Virus record (IMG/VR): IMGVR_UViG_3300042197_002516
Location: 1-56,818 of that record
DNA length: 56,818 nt
Origin: a virus
Lineage: Duplodnaviria > Caudoviricetes
Reading direction: 5' to 3' (one strand)
Shown here: positions 8,469 to 17,651 of the stretch, in pieces
Layout: the number at the start of each line of letters is the position of its first letter
Numbering within the stretch: position 1 is the first letter of the stretch
Notes under the pieces: generated by a model
The model's database searches: none
The model's input: the letters and a program-made list of their open reading frames with translations, nothing else
What the model was told of the DNA's origin: nothing
Translations under genes and position numbers: made by a program

Positions 8469-8617
8469 GTAATATACTATTTTATGGCTCAGTAATTTAT
8501 TATTATATTAATATTTATATGACAGAGAGTTTTCCTACTTTAGGTAAAGAATTTGTGTGCATGATAGTATTAGGTCTCATAGCTAACATTCATAGTTGCA
8601 AAAAGGTACAAAAATGA
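8465..8617 (+). CDS. Small 50-aa hydrophobic protein, not in the ORF track
   Basis: MSNILFYGSVIYYYINIYMTESFPTLGKEFVCMIVLGLIANIHSCKKVQK; ATGA overlaps with both neighbours (8465-8468 and 8614-8617). Confidence 0.6.
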   Translation: MSNILFYGSVIYYYINIYMTESFPTLGKEFVCMIVLGLIANIHSCKKVQK

Positions 8618-9585
8618 TTTTTGACGAACAAATTACCCGTAAGCCCGATCACTATCCTTGGACACAAGACTTTATAGGCGCTATGCACAACGGTTTTTGG
8701 ACACATAGGGAATTTAATTTTCAAAGTGATATACAAGATTTCAAAGTTAAATTAACAGACCAAGAAAATCAAATTATTATTAGAGCCTTGTCCACTATCG
8801 GACAACTAGAGATTTCTGTGAAAAAATTCTGGGCAAAATTAGGAGACAATTTGCCACACCCGTCTCTTAATGATATGGGTTATGTTATGGCTAATGTGGA
8901 AGTTATTCATGGCGATGCTTATGAAAGATTGCTGGAGGTTCTAGGAATAGAAGATAGTTTTGATGAAATTCTCAAATTGGATATTATCAAAGGCAGAGTT
9001 AATTATCTTAGAAAACATTTACATAAATTCCATGATAATAATAAAAAACAGTTTATTTATTCTTTAATTTTATTTACTTTATTTGTAGAAAATATAGCTC
9101 TATTTTCTCAGTTCTATACTATTAGTTGGTTTGGTAGATATAAAAACGTATTAAAAGATACTAATAAGCAAGTTGAATATACTTCTAGAGAAGAAAATTT
9201 ACATGCAATGATTGGAATTAAGATTATTAATACTATTAAAGAAGAATATCCTGAACTATTTGATGATGAACTTCAAGTTAAAATTCAACATGAAGCTAAA
9301 GATGCAATTAAATATGAATGTCAAATCATAGAGTGGATAGTTAATGGTTATGGACATGAAAAACTAAATTCTGATCTTCTTAAAGAATTTATTAAAAATC
9401 GTATGAATGAATCTCTGAAACAAATAGGCTACGATCCAATGTTTGAAGTAGATCAAGAAATTATATCGAAAACAACATGGTTTGACGAACAAGTATTAGG
9501 CAATAATATGACTGATTTTTTCCATAGTAGACCTGTGGAATACGCAAAACACTCTCAAAGTTTTGCTGCGGAAGATCTTTTCTAA
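8614..9585 (+). CDS. nrdB: Class I ribonucleotide reductase beta subunit
   Basis: FWTHREF, QLE, EVIHGDAY, FVENIALFSQF, REENLH and C-terminal DFF..RPVEY motifs. Confidence 0.95.
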   Translation: MIFDEQITRKPDHYPWTQDFIGAMHNGFWTHREFNFQSDIQDFKVKLTDQENQIIIRALSTIGQLEISVKKFWAKLGDNLPHPSLNDMGYVMANVEVIHGDAYERLLEVLGIEDSFDEILKLDIIKGRVNYLRKHLHKFHDNNKKQFIYSLILFTLFVENIALFSQFYTISWFGRYKNVLKDTNKQVEYTSREENLHAMIGIKIINTIKEEYPELFDDELQVKIQHEAKDAIKYECQIIEWIVNGYGHEKLNSDLLKEFIKNRMNESLKQIGYDPMFEVDQEIISKTTWFDEQVLGNNMTDFFHSRPVEYAKHSQSFAAEDLF

Positions 9586-9608
9586 TCTAGGACTATAATA
9601 TAAAACAT

Positions 9609-11264
9609 ATGATTAATAATAAGAGATACTATTGGCTTAATTCTCATAGTCGTTTATTTCTGGAAAGAGGATATCTAAAAGAAGGTATTACTCCAGAAGC
9701 GAGAATTAGACAAATAGCAGAAACAGCACAAACAATACTTAATATAGAAGGGTTTGCAGACAAGTTTGAGGATTATATGAGTAGAGGATTTTACAGTCTG
9801 TCTACACCTGTCTGGACTAATTTTGGTAATGATAGAGGATTGCCAGTATCATGTTTTAATTCTTATATTCCAGATACTATGGATGGTATACTAAATAAAG
9901 TGGCGGAAGTAGGCATGATGAGTAAGCTTGGAGGAGGTACAAGCGGTTATTTTGGCGATTTGCGTCCTAGAGGAGCTAAGATTAGTGTAGGAGGAGAATC
10001 AAGCGGACCCGTTCACTTTATGGAGCTATTTGATAAAGTAGCAGATGTTGTATCTCAAGGATCAGCCAGAAGAGGATCTTTTGCAGCATATATACCCGTT
10101 GAACATCCGGATGTAGAAGAATTTTTACAAATTAGATCAGAAGGCCATAATATTCAAAATATGAGTATTGCTATTTCCATTACTGATCAATGGATGAAAG
10201 ATATGGTTAATGGCGACAAAGATAAAAGAAAAGTCTGGGCTAAAATTATACAAAAAAGATTTGAGACAGGATATCCCTATATTATATTTTCTGATAATAT
10301 CAACAACCATGCTCCTCAAGTCTATAAAGATAAACGACTAAAAATAAAAAGTTCCAATTTATGTTCTGAGATAGCTTTGTATTCAGATGAGAATAACTCA
10401 TTTGTTTGTGTGTTATCTTCATTAAATCTATTACATTGGGATGAAATCAAAGAGACAGACGCCGTAGAAACACTGATCTATTTCCTAGATGCAGTAAACG
10501 AAGAGTTTATCCGTAAAACATCAGATATCCGCTTCATGGGCTCTGCTAATAATTTTGCAAAAAATCAAAGAGCATTAGGTATGGGAGTATTAGGTTGGCA
10601 TTCTCTCTTACAATCTAAGATGATATCATTCGAATCAATGCTAGCAAAAAATCTTAATATAGAAATTTGGAAAACCATTAGACAAAAAGCGGATAAAGCA
10701 TCAATAGAACTAGCTAATATATTTGGAGAACCAGAACTATTAAAGGGCTACAGTAGAAGAAATGTAACTACACTAGCAGTAGCTCCAACAACATCTAGTT
10801 CATTTATTCTAGGTCAGGTTAGTCCTTCTATAGAACCTCAAAATTCTAATTATTATGTTAAAAAATTAGCTAAGGGTAGTTTTACTTATAAAAATCCATA
10901 TCTAAAAAAATTGTTAAAAGATAAAAACCAAGATAAAGAAGAGGTATGGAAAGATATTTTAATTAGAGGAGGATCCGTACAACATTTAAGCTTTTTAACA
11001 ACTGAAGAAAAAGAAGTATTTAAGACATTTGGAGAAATTAGTCAGAAGGAAATCGTTATTCAAAATATACAAAGACAAAAATATATCGATCAAGCCGTTT
11101 CGTTAAATCTTATGATACCTCCGAACTGTCCGGCAAAAGAGGTGAGTGAATTACTAATATTTGGTTGGGAAAATGGAATTAAAAGTTTCTATTATCAAAG
11201 ATCATCTAATCCTGCTCAGGAATTAGCAAGAAGTATTTTAACTTGTTCATCATGCGAAGCATAA
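9609..11264 (+). CDS. nrdA: Class I ribonucleotide reductase alpha subunit, compact with no ATP cone
   Basis: PVSCF, SNLCSEI (N-C-E catalytic loop), APTTSSS, KSFYY and C-terminal CSSC. Confidence 0.95.
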   Translation: MINNKRYYWLNSHSRLFLERGYLKEGITPEARIRQIAETAQTILNIEGFADKFEDYMSRGFYSLSTPVWTNFGNDRGLPVSCFNSYIPDTMDGILNKVAEVGMMSKLGGGTSGYFGDLRPRGAKISVGGESSGPVHFMELFDKVADVVSQGSARRGSFAAYIPVEHPDVEEFLQIRSEGHNIQNMSIAISITDQWMKDMVNGDKDKRKVWAKIIQKRFETGYPYIIFSDNINNHAPQVYKDKRLKIKSSNLCSEIALYSDENNSFVCVLSSLNLLHWDEIKETDAVETLIYFLDAVNEEFIRKTSDIRFMGSANNFAKNQRALGMGVLGWHSLLQSKMISFESMLAKNLNIEIWKTIRQKADKASIELANIFGEPELLKGYSRRNVTTLAVAPTTSSSFILGQVSPSIEPQNSNYYVKKLAKGSFTYKNPYLKKLLKDKNQDKEEVWKDILIRGGSVQHLSFLTTEEKEVFKTFGEISQKEIVIQNIQRQKYIDQAVSLNLMIPPNCPAKEVSELLIFGWENGIKSFYYQRSSNPAQELARSILTCSSCEA

Positions 11265-11275
11265 AAAAGGAAAAT

Positions 11276-11701
11276 ATGATAAAAGTAAAAAAAGAACACC
11301 CGGATGCAATTATACCAACTAGAGCTAATAATAATGATGCTGGTGCGGATTTATATTCCGTAGTTGATGTCAAGATTCCTCCTTTATCCAGGGTTTTGGT
11401 TAGTACTGGAATATCTATACAATTACCAACAGATAATCTATATGCTCGGGTCGCTCCACGCTCCGGATTGGCTGTTAAATATGGTATAGATGTATTGGCT
11501 GGAGTCATAGATAATGGATACAGAGGTATTGTGGGGGTCGTATTATTTAATACGGACAAAGATAATACGTTCGAAGTAAAAAAAGGAGATAGAATAGCAC
11601 AATTAATTATAGAAAATTATCATCCATTATTTTTTAGTGAGGTAGATAATCTAAACGAATCTGATAGAGGAAATAATGGTTTTGGTTCTAGCGGAACTTA
11701 A
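11276..11701 (+). CDS. dut: Trimeric dUTPase
   Basis: AGADL, PRSGLA, GVIDNGYRG, GDRIAQL, RGNNGFGSSG. Start at ATG 11276 after AAGGA. Confidence 0.96.
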   Translation: MIKVKKEHPDAIIPTRANNNDAGADLYSVVDVKIPPLSRVLVSTGISIQLPTDNLYARVAPRSGLAVKYGIDVLAGVIDNGYRGIVGVVLFNTDKDNTFEVKKGDRIAQLIIENYHPLFFSEVDNLNESDRGNNGFGSSGT

Positions 11702-11717
11702 TAAGAAAACTATAGGA

Positions 11718-11726
11718 GGTGTATAT
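11718..11726 (+). promoter_or_regulatory. GGTGTAT(A/T)T motif
   Basis: ctataggaGGTGTATAT, intergenic, 53 nt before the TTG start of phoH. Confidence 0.45.
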
Positions 11727-11770
11727 TTAAGTGATTGGTTGATATATAACTCTATAGTAAAGGGCCTACA

Positions 11771-12508
11771 TTGAAAAAAAATAATAAAAACACCAAGAAA
11801 AGATCCAAGATAGTAGACATTACTAATGCCCCACTAGAACCTAATACTTCAACATATAGGAATAGATTAAAACCAAGAACAGATAATCAAAAAGAATATA
11901 TTAGAAATGTTGCAGAAAGCACTATTACTTTTTGTCAAGGATTAGCTGGTAGTGGTAAAACACACATAGCTATTGGTATGGCATTAGAATATCTTTTGGA
12001 CGAAAAAGTTAAAAAAATTATTATTACCAGACCGATCCTAGAAGCCGGTGAAAAAATAGGATATTTGCCGGGATCAGCAGAAGAAAAACTGCATCCTTAT
12101 TTATTACCTATTTTAGATGAAATAAATCATTTCATATCACCAGCACAATATGCTACTTTAAGATTAAATAATAAAATAGAAGTTATACCACTAGGATTGA
12201 TGAGAGGTAGAAATTTTCACAATTCTTTTATTGTAGCAGACGAGTGCCAGAACGCATCCTATGAGCAATTAAAAATGTTAATTACAAGAATAGGACAAAA
12301 TAGTAAAATGATTTTAACTGGAGACGTTAAACAGTCAGATCTCAATAGACATCTACAGGGTGGCTTTGCATATATTATTAACGCATTGAAAACAGTAGAA
12401 GGTATTGGGTATTCAGAACTTTATGCTTCTGATATAGTTAGAAATCCAATAATAGCAAATATACTAAAGATACTAGATTCTCATGAGCAGACAGGACCAA
12501 CACAGTAA
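11771..12508 (+). CDS. phoH: PhoH-family ATPase
   Basis: GLAGSGKT Walker A, ITRP, GYLPG, MRGRNF, ADECQN, GDVKQSD, VRNP. Confidence 0.95.
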   Translation: MKKNNKNTKKRSKIVDITNAPLEPNTSTYRNRLKPRTDNQKEYIRNVAESTITFCQGLAGSGKTHIAIGMALEYLLDEKVKKIIITRPILEAGEKIGYLPGSAEEKLHPYLLPILDEINHFISPAQYATLRLNNKIEVIPLGLMRGRNFHNSFIVADECQNASYEQLKMLITRIGQNSKMILTGDVKQSDLNRHLQGGFAYIINALKTVEGIGYSELYASDIVRNPIIANILKILDSHEQTGPTQ

Positions 12509-13067
12509 GTGTCTACTACTTAATGCTGATTATTCTCCTTTGAAGACCATATCATGGAAAAGAGCTATGGTATGGTCTATCAAATATAAGGATTATCCAG
12601 AATATGGTATAGAGATACTAGATTACTATATAGATGAATATATTCATGGCATAAATGGTAGGCTTTACAGGGTACCATCTGTTGCTAAGACATTGAAGTA
12701 TTTTAATGTATATAATAGAAAAATTAATTTTTCTAGAAATAATTTATTCATTAGAGATGATTTTACTTGTCAGTATTGCGGAATAAAACTTGCTCAATCT
12801 CAATTGACATATGATCATATTATACCAAAATGTAGATTTAATAAAAATAGAACTCTATCTACTAACTGGACTAATATTGTGACGGCGTGTAGACCTTGTA
12901 ATCATAAAAAAGCCAATCGTACACCATCCGAAGCTGGTATGTATTTGATTAAACAGCCAATAGAGCCTCAATATGGACTAAAGTACTTGCCTTGGTATCA
13001 AGAACTATCTACTATAAACAACAATAGCCCCTGGGAACCTTTTATAAAGAATATGCAAAATGTCTAA
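12483..13067 (+). CDS. HNH endonuclease
   Basis: RDDFTCQYCG, TYDHIIP, NIVTACRPCNHKK. Confidence 0.92.
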   Translation: MSRQDQHSKCLLLNADYSPLKTISWKRAMVWSIKYKDYPEYGIEILDYYIDEYIHGINGRLYRVPSVAKTLKYFNVYNRKINFSRNNLFIRDDFTCQYCGIKLAQSQLTYDHIIPKCRFNKNRTLSTNWTNIVTACRPCNHKKANRTPSEAGMYLIKQPIEPQYGLKYLPWYQELSTINNNSPWEPFIKNMQNV

Positions 13068-13467
13068 TCATATTTTTACTACCGTTAAATCTAATAACCA
13101 TGAATCTTTTTATTGTTTAGCTGGTAAAGAAGATTTTGTAGATGAGTCTGGTTATCCTAGATTATTAGATGCAGATAATACTAATATCGCAGCTAAAATT
13201 ATTAAAAATAAAAGAGGTAAACATTTTAATGATAATACCTCCTATAATAGTTACTATATTAAGTGCAGTCCAAATAATACTCTCTATAATCCAATAGAAC
13301 TTCACGCTATTAAAGATACTAAAACACAATATGGATTTATAGATAAAACATGTAAAAATGAATGGTCTTTTAAACAAGTTGATCATCATGTGTTTTATAA
13401 ATATTTATCTTTTCTACAAACTAAAAATATTTCTTGGCTAAAGGATGCCGAACGCGAATTAAAATAA
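13060..13467 (+). CDS. Hypothetical protein, paralog of 14180-14563
   Basis: Shares YC..GKEDF.D, YYIK, LYNP and FL.TKN..WL..AERE with the paralog. Confidence 0.8.
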   Translation: MSNHIFTTVKSNNHESFYCLAGKEDFVDESGYPRLLDADNTNIAAKIIKNKRGKHFNDNTSYNSYYIKCSPNNTLYNPIELHAIKDTKTQYGFIDKTCKNEWSFKQVDHHVFYKYLSFLQTKNISWLKDAERELK

Positions 13468-13468
13468 T

Positions 13469-13816
13469 ATGCCAATCTACACGTATTGTTGCGGTAAGTG
13501 TGACCATAAGTTTGAACTGGTTTTCTCATATGCAGAATATCAGAGTTCTCCTTTATGTATAAAATGTAAATCATCCGATACACACAGATCCTATACTGAC
13601 GATTTATCTAATGCTATCTGTAGTGTCAGAAAGCATTCCAGTGAACTAAAAACTATTGGTGATTTAGCAAACCGTAATAGAGACAGTATGAGTGATGATC
13701 AAAAAATAGAGCTATATTCAAAACATAATTCATATAAAGATAATACTACAAATAAATCATTACCAAAAGGTATGAAGAGGATTAAAAAACCTAAGTTAAA
13801 GAATAAATGGACTTAA
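13469..13816 (+). CDS. FmdB-like zinc-ribbon protein
   Basis: MPIYTYCCGKCDHKFE...CIKC. Confidence 0.8.
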   Translation: MPIYTYCCGKCDHKFELVFSYAEYQSSPLCIKCKSSDTHRSYTDDLSNAICSVRKHSSELKTIGDLANRNRDSMSDDQKIELYSKHNSYKDNTTNKSLPKGMKRIKKPKLKNKWT

Positions 13817-14187
13817 ATATGTCAGAAGATAAAACAAATCCAAACAGTCAAGACCCACCTGATCGTGAATTTTTAGAAAAAATGTTAGCTGGAGTAACAC
13901 AACAATACGCCAGTTCCGATCTTCATAGACAGATACAGATTAATAATCAAAAATTAATCGATTGTAGACACGAGATTGTTATGTCATTAACAGCATTTGT
14001 TTATCAACAAGATGATGAAGGAAAAGATATTGCTGCCGCAGAAATTTGTAGGAAAAATTTTCATATTCCGGTCCCAGCCAATCAGGATTATAATGAGTAT
14101 ATGAAGAGTTTTTTTAGTTTCTTAGAAAATTGCATAACCCAATCCGCAACAGAATCAGAAAACAAAGGATCATCAAATAATGAGTGA
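13807..14187 (+). CDS. Hypothetical protein
   Basis: Open frame overlapping both neighbours in an operon-like run. Confidence 0.65.
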   Translation: MDLNMSEDKTNPNSQDPPDREFLEKMLAGVTQQYASSDLHRQIQINNQKLIDCRHEIVMSLTAFVYQQDDEGKDIAAAEICRKNFHIPVPANQDYNEYMKSFFSFLENCITQSATESENKGSSNNE

Positions 14188-14563
14188 ATATATTTTTAAT
14201 CCTAATTCTACTAAAACAATAGCCTTTACCACTAATGATTATTATTGCGTAAAAGGTAAAGAAGATTTTTTAGATAGTAATAATCTGCCTAGAAAACATC
14301 AAGACAGTAATGATGTATTAGCAAAAAAAATTATTAAAGATGGTGGTCAGCCACAGTACTATATCAAGGTCTCTAATATCAATAAATTGTATAATCCTGT
14401 TAATGTAATACAGGAAGAGAAGGCTTATAGTTTTCTAGATAATGTTTGTAGACCATCAGATAGATTTAAATCTGTTAATAGTAAAGTATTCGACTTATAT
14501 TTAAATTTTTTATCCACAAAAAACACAGCATGGTTGCATAAAGCAGAAAGAGAGATGATATAA
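14180..14563 (+). CDS. Hypothetical protein, paralog of 13060-13467
   Basis: Same shared motifs as 13060-13467; AAGGA SD. Confidence 0.8.
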   Translation: MSEYIFNPNSTKTIAFTTNDYYCVKGKEDFLDSNNLPRKHQDSNDVLAKKIIKDGGQPQYYIKVSNINKLYNPVNVIQEEKAYSFLDNVCRPSDRFKSVNSKVFDLYLNFLSTKNTAWLHKAEREMI

Positions 14564-14901
14564 TGGCTAAATTAAGTAAAACACAAATATATGCTATACA
14601 TTGGTTAAATAGTCAAAATAAAGATATAGATTTTATTTCTAATGATCTTAATATTACCAACAAACAAGTATCAAATATTCTAAGTAAACACACAGATACT
14701 CCAGCTAATGATGGTGGTGCTGTTGTTGATAACATCAATGCTAAGAACCTAATGATAACACATACTTCTGGTCAAAAGGTTAATACTGTTGCAATTATGA
14801 CCAAAGATGCATCATCTCTTGGAGATAAGATTAAGTCAGAAAGTGTTTCCACAAAAAATAGAAATGATAGCGCTATTTTTAGGCCCAAAAAGAACAAATG
14901 A
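14563..14901 (+). CDS. Hypothetical protein with a possible N-terminal HTH
   Basis: IDFISNDLNITNKQVSNIL fits an HTH pattern; TAATG coupling. Confidence 0.6.
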   Translation: MAKLSKTQIYAIHWLNSQNKDIDFISNDLNITNKQVSNILSKHTDTPANDGGAVVDNINAKNLMITHTSGQKVNTVAIMTKDASSLGDKIKSESVSTKNRNDSAIFRPKKNK

Positions 14902-15320
14902 AATTTCCATCTAGATACTCTAATGGTAAGGAAGTATCAGCAGCTCAGTATATTACTGAACTTATTTGTGAACATCAAGCTAAAAGAAATCAATTAGATT
15001 TACATTATAGATTCTGGGTAAGTCCAGAATGGTCAAAATATTATAGAAATCAAATAGCATCAGCAAATAAGTTGGTAGCACAATATCATCCAAAAGCTAT
15101 TGTAAGAGCACTCAATGATAAGAGAGCAGAAAAAATATATTCCTTACGAGCACCACACTTACTACCTATTATACAAGAGCATCAGAACCAGATTGCAAAT
15201 GAGACATCCTCACCAAAACACGGATCTCTTATAGAACGTAAAGAAAAACCTTCTTACAGACAATCGCATAATAAAACTAATATTTTTTCAAAACTTGAGG
15301 AATTAGACAATGAGCCTTAA
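14898..15320 (+). CDS. Hypothetical protein
   Basis: ATGA coupling; directly upstream of recA. Confidence 0.7.
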   Translation: MKFPSRYSNGKEVSAAQYITELICEHQAKRNQLDLHYRFWVSPEWSKYYRNQIASANKLVAQYHPKAIVRALNDKRAEKIYSLRAPHLLPIIQEHQNQIANETSSPKHGSLIERKEKPSYRQSHNKTNIFSKLEELDNEP

Positions 15321-16323
15321 AGAAGATGTGATTAAAAATTTTGGAGATGAGATAATTCTATCTGGTAGCGCTTTGGTTGATAAGAAGGTTGTAGTTATAC
15401 CTGTAAGCCCAGCTCTAGATATAGCTCTAAACGGAGGAATACCAGAAGGCAGCTTTGTTGTTTTAACTGGTCAGCCCAAATGTGGTAAGACTACAACCTC
15501 TCTAGACTTTGCCGCAACAGCACAAAAGAAAGAATATGCTAGTGGATCTTTTAAAGAAGGTAGGCATGTGTACTATCTAAATATTGAAGGTAGACTTAAG
15601 AAAAGAGATCTTGAAGGAATAGAGGGATTAGATCTGAGTCGTTTTGAAATTATAGGTTCTCAACAAGGTAAGATTCTACACGGTGAAGAATATTTACAAA
15701 TTGCTGAGCGTATTATTAACGAGGTTCCTGGTTGTGTGCTAATTATTGATTCTTATTCAGCTTTATGCACAGAAGCAGAAATCACATCTGATATGGATAA
15801 AATGCAAAGAGCCGATGGTGCCAAACTATTAGCTAAATTCTGTCGTAAAGTAGCAAATGTTATTCCGGTCAATAAGAATATCGTCATAGGTATTACTCAC
15901 TTGATGGGAAATCCCACCGGATATGGAGCAGAATTTAAAGAGAAATCCGGCCAAGCCATAGCATATCAAACTGACATCAAGCTACGAGCCAAAACTTTTA
16001 AACCGTGGCTTCTAGGAGCAGATAATACACAAATAGGACAGGAAATAGAGTGGCAAGTGCTGTGTTCTGCTCTTGGTCCTCCAGGTGCTACTACTACTAG
16101 TTATATTAGATATGGTCAAGGGATTGATAAATGTACAGAACTAATTAATTTGGCCTCTGATGTGGGAGTTATTCATAAGGGAGGAGCATGGTATACCATT
16201 ACCGTTTTAGATGATAAGCCCAAATTTCAAGGAACAGAAAAAGTTAGACAATATCTATTGGATAATATTAAATCATATAATCAAGTACAAAAAGCGGTCA
16301 AAGAGGTTTTGGGTATTAAATGA
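15310..16323 (+). CDS. recA: RecA/UvsX-like recombinase
   Basis: SPALDIALNGGIP, GQPKCGKTT Walker A, IIDSYSAL Walker B, YGQGID, KGGAWY, FQG. Confidence 0.93.
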   Translation: MSLKEDVIKNFGDEIILSGSALVDKKVVVIPVSPALDIALNGGIPEGSFVVLTGQPKCGKTTTSLDFAATAQKKEYASGSFKEGRHVYYLNIEGRLKKRDLEGIEGLDLSRFEIIGSQQGKILHGEEYLQIAERIINEVPGCVLIIDSYSALCTEAEITSDMDKMQRADGAKLLAKFCRKVANVIPVNKNIVIGITHLMGNPTGYGAEFKEKSGQAIAYQTDIKLRAKTFKPWLLGADNTQIGQEIEWQVLCSALGPPGATTTSYIRYGQGIDKCTELINLASDVGVIHKGGAWYTITVLDDKPKFQGTEKVRQYLLDNIKSYNQVQKAVKEVLGIK

Positions 16324-16736
16324 ATATTATTGATTTGGATGGCAATAGACACAATTGGAATATAACAGGTAATATTGCCAAAGGAAGAGTCCAAGAAAAA
16401 TCGTCTTTCCATTTAGCTGCTAGACAAATATTGGTAGAAACATATCCTACTCTGCAACTTTTAGAAGAAGTTCCTATACAACTTAGAAAATCAGAAACTT
16501 TATATTTGGATTTTTTTCTGCCTTTAATCAAAACAGTCATAGAAGTACATGGACAACAACATTATGAGTTTACTCCATTTTATCACGGTAATAGGATGGC
16601 ATTTCTAAAAGCCCAAAAAAAAGATAGAGAAAAAGAAGAGTGGTGTTTACTGAATGGTTTAAAATTTATTGCATTGCCGTATAATGAAACAGTAGATCAA
16701 TGGAAAAAGAAAATTTATGAATACCAAAACTTCTAA
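16320..16736 (+). CDS. Vsr/DUF559-like PD-(D/E)xK endonuclease
   Basis: LYLDFFLP...VIEVHGQQHY...DREKEEWC pattern. Confidence 0.75.
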   Translation: MNIIDLDGNRHNWNITGNIAKGRVQEKSSFHLAARQILVETYPTLQLLEEVPIQLRKSETLYLDFFLPLIKTVIEVHGQQHYEFTPFYHGNRMAFLKAQKKDREKEEWCLLNGLKFIALPYNETVDQWKKKIYEYQNF

Positions 16737-17211
16737 AGAAGAACTACAGCACTGGGACAAGATATTAGACGAATACGAACAGAGTATCTCTATGCCATCC
16801 TATAATAGTAGTGGCGGAGTTGCAGAAACAGAAATTAATAACTATCTCAGTATGAGCAGAGATGAACTAGAAAAGTTATCACCAGAAGATTGTGCTCAAA
16901 TCGCATACCGTCTTGCACAATTTTCATTTCATATTCAAAGAACTCTTAATAGAGAAATTGCTAGACATAATTGGTCAGAAGAAACTATCAAAGATATTAT
17001 AGCTGATGAGATTAATAATTACAAAGGATATGGATATATAGAAAAATCTTTACAGGCTATAAAACATAACGAGAAAGCTAATTCATTAAATGCTATCAAA
17101 AAATACGCAAAACAAAGAATGGATAGACTATCTTATATAGCCAATTCTTTAAAGAATTTATCGGATATTATGCTTAATATACAAAAAACAAAGGTGAAAC
17201 ATGGATCCTAA
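16717..17211 (+). CDS. Hypothetical helical/coiled-coil protein
   Basis: Open frame in the recombination cluster with helical composition. Confidence 0.65.
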   Translation: MNTKTSKEELQHWDKILDEYEQSISMPSYNSSGGVAETEINNYLSMSRDELEKLSPEDCAQIAYRLAQFSFHIQRTLNREIARHNWSEETIKDIIADEINNYKGYGYIEKSLQAIKHNEKANSLNAIKKYAKQRMDRLSYIANSLKNLSDIMLNIQKTKVKHGS

Positions 17212-17638
17212 AGAACTTTTAAATAATCCTGAGCAGATCAAAAACTTAATAGCAGTACTACAAGCTCTATTGCCAAACAACAATCAAGAAGATGATTCTG
17301 ATGACGAACCTCAGACCAAAACAACACAACCGGTCGAAACCAAGCAGCATACACATAATATAAAAACTAAGACCAGACGTAGAGTTGGTAGCGGAAGTAA
17401 TGAACCTACACACAATATTAATAAATTTGACCAAATGACAGAGGCCCGTATGCATAAAGATGACGGGCAAATAGATAAGCTTTTAAGTAAACATCCTCCT
17501 GTAGCCAGAATGAGAGACTTTGACCCTATAAATGTAGTTTGTAGGGTATGCGGAAAAAAAGAAACAGTAAGTCCCACCCTTGTATTCGAGGGCGCTTCAC
17601 GCTATAAGTGTAATAACTGTTCAACGCAGGCAGGATGA
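17201..17638 (+). CDS. Hypothetical protein with a C-terminal zinc ribbon
   Basis: CRVCG...CNNC; AAGGTG SD. Confidence 0.7.
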   Translation: MDPKELLNNPEQIKNLIAVLQALLPNNNQEDDSDDEPQTKTTQPVETKQHTHNIKTKTRRRVGSGSNEPTHNINKFDQMTEARMHKDDGQIDKLLSKHPPVARMRDFDPINVVCRVCGKKETVSPTLVFEGASRYKCNNCSTQAG

Positions 17639-17651
17639 AAGAATTCATTTT

